Of a stretch of DNA of 64,000 bases, positions 13,771 to 25,973 are shown piece after piece. Every line of letters starts with the position of its first letter. The stretch's first letter is position 1. The notes below the pieces were generated by a model that made no database searches, was not told where the DNA came from, and saw only the letters and a program-made list of their open reading frames with translations. The position numbers were made by a program, and so were the translations under genes. Source of the stretch: Paraspadella gotoi (taxonomy: Eukaryota > Animalia > Chaetognatha); the NCBI GenBank assembly GCA_051294375.1, contig CM119271.1, positions 3,317,061 through 3,381,060 of the forward strand. The letters run 5' to 3'.

Positions 13771-14470
13771 GATGGAGATCAGTTGATGGGGAGAGTGGGG
13801 GCGATCACTTTTGAGGGAGAGATGGGGCAGTCACAGGCGGAGGAGACAGTAAAGTTGGGACGAATTGGTCACAATGGAGTTCGAAGATCCTTCCTTCCTT
13901 CCGACAGCGAAAGTTCCACTCGCGGATGAAAACCAAATAAAGACGAGTAAAAAAAAAACCTAAAGACTCATTCGTTTTAATCCGATTTTGTTTTCATGGC
14001 GCAAGAAAAAAAAAATAGGGTGAGACAGAGAGTGAGAGAGTTTTTCTCAAAATATCGATTGGTTTAATTTTCTTCGGAGTAGAAAAAGGGGAAGATGGGC
14101 AAATTAATGATCGTTTCGCCGAAAACTTTTTAATTCTTTGAAAAAAAAAGTAAGCGAAATAATTATAATAATTATGTTCAACACGGGAGATCACAATAAG
14201 TAACGCAATTAACTTGATGACTATTCGCAGAATAATAGTGAAATGCAGAACGAGGGCTAAAAAGATTAATATCAATTCTTGTTTTCGAAAACCAATTAAA
14301 GATTAGTCACCACGAGAGAAATTTTTTTTATTAAGAGGTAAATACTACTAAATATCAACTTAAGGAATGAGTGAATTCGTTAAATATATAGTATATCGAA
14401 GAATCCCAAATGACTAGTGCTTATTAAAAAAAAAAAGGTCGACAGGAAGGGCGCTTCCGCGTTTGACACG

Positions 14471-15528
14471 TTAAAACAAAATGTCCTCGTCGTGGTCGCC
14501 ATCGAGCATGTTGGGAGCCTCGACGAAGACCCCCTTGGCCTTGAGCTCGGCGGCGACGCGTTCCGCCTCCGCGCGAATCTTCTTCTTTTTCTCCTGAATC
14601 TTCTTGAGGCGATAAAACTCTTCGCGCTCTCGCTCGTCGAGCTCCGTCGTGATGTAGGACAGAGTGTTCTCTATCTTGGGTATGATCACGTGCTCAATGG
14701 CGTTCACGCGTCTGAGAAGTTACAAAGTATTTTTTTTTAAATGAATTACGAAACTATTTTTTTTTTAACTTTGAACAATGCGACGAACCTGTTGGTGATC
14801 TTGATGGCCTCGTCCAGCGTGATGAAAGACGTCTGTAAGGAAGCCAGATCGACGAGCAGTTGAACGGCCTGCAGAAGGACGCGTTAAAACAAAGATTCAC
14901 ATCTCAAGGTAAAAACAGAAACGAAAGGAAGAAAAAAAAAAAAACCAAACGAGCACCTGGTCGTAGTTGGTCTTGAGCTTGGTCATCTGTTGGCCTCCTC
15001 TCGATAGGCCCAAATAAGAGAAGGTGTCGCTCCCGTCGCGATAGTGCTCGAACACGGGAAGAGTCACGCCGGCTACATTGTCTTTGCGCATGCGTACCTG
15101 GAGGGAAGAGAAATTGTGTTGTTGTGCAAATTTTTTACAATTATTTTTTAGATGAATAAAAAAACAAATTTAAATATACGTTTGAAGAAGAAATCTGGCT
15201 CTTTTTTTTTTCCGGATCCTTTCTACCCATCCCCATTGCAAACCTTCGTCTGCGCCTTGGTGACGTTCTGCAGCACGGGCTGGCTAAAGTCTCCGCAGAT
15301 GAACTTAGCCTCGGCGAGGGAGAAGGCGGCGAGCTTCATGACCTCGCCAACTTTGAGTTTCGTCTCGATGATCTTCTTGAGGATGGAGCGGAAGCGGAGG
15401 GTGAGAGCGTCCGACTTTTTCTTGAGGAGCGAGTGACCCTTCTGCGCCCCCTTCAGTCGTCCCTTCATGATCTGCATGGCCATGCGCGAGGGGAAGATGT
15501 TGAGGCGCTCCTTGCCGCCGCCCGACAT
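14471..15528 (-). CDS. ATP6V1D: V-type proton ATPase subunit D
   Basis: [17 protein letters not shown]...[12 protein letters not shown]...NVAGVTLP...[33 protein letters not shown]; 4 exons. Confidence 0.97.
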
Positions 15529-15760
15529 TTTCAATCGTCGGGGGGGACGTTGGTGAAGTAGAGAAAGACTCGAAGAGTTTTTTTTTTTTTTTAAGTTTTT
15601 CAACTTCACTCTTCAACGATGAAAATAAAAAAAAACGGACAAAAAATAGTAAAGCAGCGCCTGTAACAACGAGAGACAAAAACCTCACGGAAAATTAAAA
15701 AAAAAAATCTTCATTCTCGGATTAGTCAACAATCGCTCCAGTTCCATTCTCTTTTCGCTC

Positions 15761-16527
15761 CTACTTGACGAACTGCTCCTTCACTTCCACGTCGCTCCGC
15801 TTCTCCTGCTCCTTCTCCTCCCTCAACCGCTTGAAGACTCCAGTGGCCAGTGAGGAGACGTAACCCCCGCTCTCCTCGGCCTGCAACCCCCCGATATGCT
15901 CCATACCCTGCGTCGACAAGATGGACTTTAGGTTCTCGAAATCTACGCGGGTTGCGCCGAACTTCGCCTGAAAAAGATGGGCGGAGAATTATTGAAAATG
16001 AGAATATTTGAATATATATAGAGGGTTCTGAAATATTATTAAGACTCGTTACAGGTTTCTGGGCATGAGACTAAATAAGATTGAGTTCATAAATTTAATT
16101 TTCATCATCAAAATTCAAAATTTTATATATTGTTTTTATATTTGTTGTACCAATTTTATATAATTTTGTGATTTAAAAGAAAAAAAAATATATATATACG
16201 GATTTTTTGTCAATCTTGCGTGGTAGTAAAAATAATTTAAAGTTTATGAAATATTTAACTCGGATAATTTAGCAAACTATTGTATTGATTTATCGATACG
16301 TGACACACTACCTGTTGTTCACCCCTGGCGTATAAATTTCTGGCGCGATTGTTGGCCAACTCCTCGACCGCGCGCACATTGGCGTCGGCGCGGGCGGCGT
16401 CGTCGACGGGAAAGAGGCGGTCGGCCTCGGCGCGTAAAAAGGCCCCCAAATCTCGCCCTTCCTTGGTCGCATCGAGCGGCCATTTTTCCAGGGCGGCCAC
16501 GAGACGCCGATAATGCCGAGAACCCAT
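15761..16527 (-). CDS. UQCC2: Ubiquinol-cytochrome c reductase complex assembly factor 2
   Basis: YRRLVAALEKWPLDATKEGRDLGAFLR...LANNRARNLY in exon 1 (16527-16311), spliced to exon 2 (15967-15761). Confidence 0.8.
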
Positions 16528-16606
16528 TGGATTGAGTTGAAAAAAAAAAAAAAAAGGACTTTTGCCTAAAGTTTTGGTTCCTAACGGAAATTCCAGGAAA
16601 AAAAAC

Positions 16607-17151
16607 TCAGTAGTTGATGATTCCGAATGGCTTGGCCTTTCTCAGTCGCATCTTATGTTCTAGATAGGCCTTCTGCTTGCGTTGCCAATATTCTGGAGTC
16701 CTGTCGTCCAGCTCAAAGTGGGGCTTCACCGTGAGATCCAAGTTCCACAGCCAGTCGGGATAGTAGTCGTCCTCTCTGAGCTCGGGCCCAGGGGTAGGGT
16801 CATCAAGGCGGTACTTAATGCAGCAGTGCCTGAAGGGAGGGTGGGTTCAAAATGTGTAACTGAAGAATGAAAACCACCGTCGATTTGAAAAAAAAAGCAA
16901 CCACGCTTCCATCCCGACCTGGCTAAGATCTCAGGATCGGTCTCCACTCGTATTGCCTGTTTGTCGACTTTGCTGGTGGCTTTGGCGATAGTGGGGGCGG
17001 CTGCTGGTTTAGCGGCCTGCTTGGCTTTCGGGCCAAAAAGGGCGGGGGACGAATGGAAGGAAGAACTCGCCGGAGGGAGGAGGGGCGAAGAAAGAGAGGA
17101 GTAAAGAGGCCGATGAAAAGAATTCGACAAACGAACGAGAAAAAAGGTCAT
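16607..17151 (-). CDS. MRPL54: Mitochondrial ribosomal protein mL54
   Basis: Presequence, then VETDPEILARHCC...ELREDDYYPDWLWNL...TPEYWQR; 2 exons. Confidence 0.88.
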
Positions 17152-17396
17152 TATCTTAGTTTTAAACGAATCGGGTATTTTCTTGGTTCTTTCATTAAAC
17201 TAGGAAAAAGAATATCAAAATTAAACGCTCATATGTAACAAGGAACTAACAAAAAAAAAAGTTCGAGACGAGTAATCTCATGAAAGAAACGTATCGACGA
17301 ATGAGCGAACGAGTTGTCATTATCACAACAAAACTGAGGGAGAGAGAGAACAAGTAAAAAGAGAAACCGAAACGGTGAGGATGAGGATGAGGCGCG

Positions 17397-19254
<1,858 letters not shown>

Positions 19255-20147
19255 CCTCGGGTGAGGATTAGAGATAAAAGATGAGAACACAAAACAGGGA
19301 AAATAAGTTCGGTGTCAGTTCTATCGGTTTTGGGTAAAAAATGTTTCCGCGATTGAGTTCAAATCATTGACGATATCGAAGGCGGGAGATATGAAAAAAA
19401 AAGTTTCACTGTAAATGGAAACGTAAAATTACATGGGCTCAACTCCCTTATACTCGAGTTATACGAAAAAAATTACATACATATTTTGGAGGGAATTTAA
19501 CGGCATCTTTGAACTGTATCTAAAGTTTAAAAAACCTATTGAGGCCGGAGAAAATATAATAAAGAAACTGGTGACTAGATCTATAGAGAATAAAACGCGG
19601 AATCACATTTCTGGGACGACGTAAATTAAAAAAAAATATCATGGAACCGCGTTAAATATAGTATATGTTTTCCCCATTACAGACCACCCGACAAAGGAAA
19701 AATATTCTTTTTTTTAAAGCTGCAGCAAAAAGTTTTAAAGACGAAAAAAAAATAAAACAAAAAAAAAAAATAAAAAAAACCATCAGACCGTCGTTGGTTT
19801 CCTTTTGTTTTGTTTTTTCATTTTTGCTCTCCCTTAACTTCCGAATGGGGAAAAAAAAATTCCATCAGAAATTAAAGGACAAATTTCCAGGAAACAGACA
19901 TTACATACAAAGTTCGGAAACGAAAATATTTTTTAGGAATGGTGTGCAAAAAAAAGCTACTAAAATTCCAATGAAGCGCACACTCCCAAAATCACTAGTG
20001 TTCCAACGTCTTCTCGTGTGTAGACTGTAGAGACAGAGAGAGACAGAGCGCGCGAGTTTGGAGTGTCAAAGTGAGAAGAAAGATAAGGCCTATGGGGATC
20101 GGGTTGAGGGATGAGGTTTGAGGGGAAGGGTCGAATGGAAGTGAGTT

Positions 20148-20149
<2 letters not shown>

Positions 20150-20235
<86 letters not shown>
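20150..20235. repeat. (GA)n microsatellite
   Basis: Perfect GA run of ~85 bp in the SMAP 3' region. Confidence 0.95.
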
Positions 20236-20237
<2 letters not shown>

Positions 20238-20302
20238 AACGCGTGAGATTTTTTTAAAAACTTCTGTTAACCGTGAAACTATTATTTTCTTTAAAAAGTT
20301 AT

Positions 20303-21908
20303 TCACTGCCACAAATTATTTGACAGCGTTGCTCCGGCGGCGTTTTGAGCCGTGCCTCCGTTCATCTTCAAGTTGGCCAGTTGCTGCTGGACTTGCTGAA
20401 GGTGCAACTGTTGATTCTGTTGTTGCTGATGTAGCTGCTGGTGCGGCGGCGCCTGCATGTAGGAATAAGTTCCGAAAGCCGGGGCCGGGGCCGCGTTGTT
20501 GTAAGCGGCCGGGCCGTAAGGGGAAGGAACGTTGAAGCCCCGATTGACCGGGGAAGCCCCGACGGGCATGTTGGGGGGAAAGTGACCCAAGGGAGGAGTA
20601 TGATGGCCGCCGAAGGGAGGCCCGCCCGGATGAGGCGACGACTGGTGGCCGCTCGAGGATCCATAGAGCGCCATGATGGAGTCCTTGGTGACGGGCTTCG
20701 ACGCCGGTGATGGAGCGACGCCGGAAGTGGAAAACGCCGCCGTTGAGTTCGAAGATGGAATCGGAGAAGTATCACAGAGAAGTCCTGAAGAAAGTAAAAT
20801 CGAAAGGATCGTAATAAAGTGAGATGAATTCAAAACGTATAGTGTTCAAGTCCTGAAAAAACCGTTTAATTAGATTAGTGAACGCTCAAACCTTTAAATG
20901 GGTCATGAGTGGGCGCGGGAGCGGGTACCGGCGTCGCCGTTTCGACGAGGACCGGCGCAGGGTCCTTCAAGGCAGGCTCGTCCAACGACAAAAGATCCAC
21001 GTCTGATGAGGAAGGCGCGGCCGGCGGGGATGGCGCTGGCGGCGCCGCTGGAGGTTTGGGCGCGGGTGGCGCCACCGTTCCTGATTTCGATGACTCGTTC
21101 GATGTCGATTTTAGAGCTGAGGCGCCGTTCGACGCCGTCGGTCGCGCGGAAACGCCGGCCGATTTTGATTTTTCGCTGACGGGTCTGGGGACGGCGGAGG
21201 AGGAAGGCGGAGCCCGGGATTTGGAATCGGCGAGGATGTCGTCGAGACCCAGACTGCCGACGTTGGGGTGGAGATCCGGGACCCACTCTCTGGGAGTAAG
21301 AGAGGAGTCGAAATGTTAAACGCGTTGATTATCGAATTAGCCTACACGTCCGTCCATTCCCCTATTCTCCGCTGACCTGGCGACGTATTTGCGCTGCTCA
21401 TACTTGGTCCGGATGAAGGCCTCAAGGGCGGAGTCGGACTGGGGACGGCGAAAGCCCTCGGGGACGTTGGCCTCGAAGACGGCGCGGGCGCGGCTGTTCC
21501 CCATATCCTTGATGGTCGCCACCTTAGGAGGAGAAGCGGAGGGGCTCGTCAAGCGGTGGTACGAATAATGATAACAAATTTAAACGGACCTGTTCCGGCG
21601 TCCACGTGTCCAGATTGACGGATTTGACCTTGGAGATGTGGACGCCCAAGTTGCGATGAATTCCTGCGCAACGGATGCAGAGGAAAATGCCGAGATTCCA
21701 TGAGGCCCAACGAGGGCCTTTGGCGTCGCAATCCACGCAGTATTTGTTGTCCTCGTCGCGTAGCAACGCGCTGTGTAAATGGAATTGTCATTGGAATAAT
21801 TCTCAATGCATCGTGATATCACGAAGACCACAGAGATCCTAAAAACCTGAGTATCATCTGCAGTTTATCCTGTAAAAGTTTCTCTCTGTCTTTGACGACT
21901 CGCGACAT
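20303..21908 (-). CDS. SMAP1: Stromal membrane-associated ArfGAP (SMAP1/2)
   Basis: [47 protein letters not shown] zinc finger, DLLSLD clathrin box, KDSIMALYG and C-terminal TLSNNLWQ. Confidence 0.93.
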
Positions 21909-22949
21909 TGTGACTGATTCGGGATGAAAGCTGATCTTTTGTTTGCGGGAGGAATTTCGCGGTTTCGTCGGTTTTTCTTCCGATGCGATTCGCTTTTTTT
22001 TTCTTATGAGGGCATTTAATCCGATCGAGGAGGGTTAGAGAGAGAGCACCTGGTTGTTAATTTGTTTCCTACTTTGCGAATTCGTTTTTTTTTTTAGCAA
22101 TTAGCTTTTGTTTTTATTAGAATTTTCACGCGTCTACTTTTGAGCTAAGTACTTAACGACAATTTGTCAACGAAAGAATTTTTAATAATGGGACGGGAGA
22201 AAAAAAGGACGAAATCAACATAAATTTTTTTTTTCCAGATCAATATTTTTCAATCTTTTTCACCGCAAGAGGAACTTCTATATAACTACATACGTGTACA
22301 TAAATCTATTTTACTCTCCACAATGAGTTCATGTACTACGAACACACAACCAATCTGTTATAACAGTTTCACATTTCTTCAGTTTATGTACAATGAATCT
22401 CGCAGCGACGCCCTCCTTCCAACACAGCCCCACGAGGCTCGCGCCTTCGTATTTCGATGAATCGCGATTAAAGCCTAAATAAAAAAAGGAGGGACGGCGA
22501 TAGATATTAGAAAATAAATACTTCAAAGGTGACGCACAAATTAATTAAATAAATTAATAAAAAAAAAATAGGCGGGTGGAAATAATGGAGTGTTAAGACA
22601 CTGATTAGAACCTGGACCTACAGGAGCGGCCTTGCTGAAATCTGTTTCAAGGTGACTGGTAAACACTAAACGATCTCAAGATATCACAAAAGGTTAATCC
22701 AGGGTCAGTGACGAAATTGGACATAATATTCACACCCCTTTTCCGAATTTTTTTTTTTAATAAAAAAAAGCAACAATATCACTCGATTCACCCGTGTTAA
22801 GATTGTTATCTCGCAAACTTTGATTTTTGTTTAGTCCGTTTTTATTTTTTTTTCTTTATTCCTCAGATGGTTATAAGAAAAGGAAGGAGAGTTTTTCGTC
22901 GTCGTCGTCGCAACGAAGGGGAAAAAGGAGGCAAACAAATGAAACGTCA

Positions 22950-24589
22950 TCAATGAGTGAGCGACCCCCTGTTGTCGTCGTCGTCGTTGTAGCTGGGCCG
23001 CGCGCCCCACTGGACGTTGCTGTATTTGGCGCAGAGCTGAGACTTGAGCTCGGCAGCGTGAGCGGAGTCGCGCGTCTCGACCACGCATTTGATGGCGACG
23101 GCGTAGATGTCCGATTTGATCCAGGCTCGTTCGTGAAAGATGTCCTGGCAAGTATTAATTTTACAATAACTACATTAAATGTATGTAAAAATAAAAATGT
23201 TTACCAATTCCAAAATTCAACCCCCTCTACTTGGTACCAAAGAACGGCCGCAAATGACATTCATAGCAGCAAGGCAAACCTTGATGCTGACTCCAAGATC
23301 CAACATGAGCTTGGTGAGCTCGGCTATGCCGCCGGGTCGGTCGGAGACGCGGACGACGAAGCGACAGAGACGATCGTCGGCGGCGAGTCCGCGATCGAGG
23401 CACCGGCCGAGGATCGTCGTGTCGATGTTCCCGCCGCACAGAGCGACAACCACTTTTTTACCTGCCACGATAGTTAATTTATAAAAGATCATTGACTTCA
23501 AAACTCGAAGGGTTGCCCAAATTTTTCAAAATATCCCGTCGCACTTCCCCCCCCGCCCCAACCTTCTAGCTCCGGGCAGAGACCCTGCACGATGGCGGCG
23601 AGCCCGGTTGCGCCGGCCCCTTCGACGACCGACTTCTCTACTTCGATCAGACGCAAGATGGCGATGGCGATGTTGTCTTCCTCCACTACCAACATCCGGT
23701 CGATCAAAGGAGACGCCGTCGCGAACGCGTTCACGCCCACCTAAAACGCGTTTAGCAGAAACTCCTAAAAAAGACAATCCGCAGCGTTTTTTATACTATA
23801 ACTATTCTCGGTTAACTGTTTTCCTAGCTCGCCTGTCGAATTTCAATGACGTAATCGCTAATCAATATTTCAAACTCAATCAGAGCGAAAAACAATCAAA
23901 GAAAGGACATGTTCAAAGAGGCAGTTTATTTCCTTTGAAAAAATATAACAGCAATTATAATAAACAAAAGAATAAGAATCAAGCAAAATGCATTCATTTA
24001 AAAGCAGGTGAAAATAAGCTAAAGGTTTGATCATAAAACTTTGGACATAATCTACTGGCACGCGGCAGTGAAATAGCTTGGGTCACATTGAACGATTGAA
24101 CATTATCGATCTAAATTTTCCATGATTTGAATGTGACGCTGAAGGACGTCTTCGGTGTAAAAAAGTAGCCTGACAACATCCGAAAGTCGATACAAAAAGT
24201 CCGACGGAGAGTATTCGAACTGGGCCTCGAGAAGATCAGTCTTCAGCGACTCAAACTGTCCGCATAAAAATAATAACATCTATATAATAATATCGACAAA
24301 ACCAAGATAAAATGAAATATTTTAGTTAAAACGTTATTAGAAAAGTTTGAAATGAATTTTCAACAACGATTTTATTTGATAAAAACGGACATGTTTCGGC
24401 TTAACTACAAGCCTTCATCAGCATTAAAAAAGTTAGTGAATTTGAAACAAATTATGTGCATAAAGAAAGAGTGAGAGAGAGAGAGAGAGAGGGCAAAGTT
24501 TCCAACACAGAGTTGAGAAGGGATAGTGGTCAATTGTGAGGACAGATTAAGGTGAAACAAATAGAGCCAGTTTGTGAAAAGAAATTGAA

Positions 24590-24625
<36 letters not shown>

Positions 24626-25942
24626 AGAGAGAGAGTGAGAGAACTTGAAAAATAATACATTGTGCAATGTACAACAAAGATAAATATTGTTTAAAACTTA
24701 ATGATTAGTGTTAACAATTAACTACTGTGAATAAATAAGTTAGTGAAGATGAAATTGTGAAATTTGAAATGTGAAGGAAATAGAGGTGAGGGATAGTTAA
24801 ACAATTATTATTATAGTGAAGTATAAGAGTTAAGATAGAGCTCAAAGTGAGCTGGCCCCCCTTGGCTTGTGCAAATGAAAGGCCTGATCGATGTGGTCGG
24901 GTCATTGACGTGTCAGTGGCTGTGAGGACAAAATCGTTGAGCCTATGTGTGCGGCGTTAGGGAGGCTTCCTTGCGGGAAGATACCCAAGGCTACTCTGAT
25001 GTCTCTCTGGCCTGGTACGCCTGCCGACTGCCCTCTTCTCGCCTGCTGACGAGGTGGGCGGCTTTCCGTTCTTGCCGCTTTTGCGACAGGAGTGGTGGAC
25101 TCTCCTTCCTCCTGCAGCCGTCGCTTTGGGCGGCGCTCACTCCACAGAGAAAGGGAATGAGTTGCTACAGGTGAAGGAGAGGCATCGTCTGCCCATTGCC
25201 TGCGCAAGGGTCTCCGCCTGTCTCGTTGAGTGGAGACAGGGGAGTCATTGTGCGGACGTGGTGGAGACGGGGCCTCCACCACGCTTTTGATAAGCGAATC
25301 ATAGCTTGGAGGGAGGTCGAATCGTCCTCCATCACGATTCAAAGAGGGCTCGAGGGCTTTGATGTATATTGCCTCTCTAATACCTCTTGAGAACCAGTTC
25401 GGGTCATGGGACAGCACGAGACAGTCTGTTTCTCTAAATACATGGCCAGTATTTACCGTATGCTCGGCTACAGCGGACAAGTAATGACCGCGGGCATCAC
25501 GATAAGGTTTCGTGTGCTGCTGAAATCGATCCGTCAGAGATTTGCCTGTCTCGCCCACGTATGCTGCTGTACAGGCTTGGTTGCCCGCCCCTGCACAGGC
25601 CGCCCAATAGACGGCTCCTGATGTTTTCGGTCTGGGGATTTTATCTTTCGGTTTCACCAAAAGCTCACGCAGAGAACCGCGGGCCGTCACTGAGGTGGAG
25701 ATCCCCTGCTTTGCTCACTTTGAGCTCTATCTTAACTCTTATACTTCACTATAATAATAATTGTTTAACTATCCCTCACCTCTATTTCCTTCACATTTCA
25801 AATTTCACAATTTCATCTTCACTAACTTATTTATTCACAGTAGTTAATTGTTAACACTAATCATTAAGTTTTAAACAATATTTATCTTTGTTGTACATTG
25901 CACAATGTATTATTTTTCAAGTTCTCTCACTCTCTCTCTCCT

Positions 25943-25973
<31 letters not shown>

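Noticed and set aside
20146-20535. ER-repeat ORF
   Set aside because: It is a translation of the (GA)n microsatellite plus SMAP antisense.
22031-22710. Telomerase RNA (CUAACCCU template-like 8-mer near large hairpins)
   Set aside because: On the minus strand the template-like sequence lies 3' of the hairpins, the wrong order for template then CR4/5-H/ACA, and no pseudoknot is evident.
24120-24260. Apparent SINE B-box (agttcgaatac on the minus strand)
   Set aside because: The segment is better explained as the in-frame final exon of the nested gene (acceptor, phase 0, 50 codons, stop, AATAAA).
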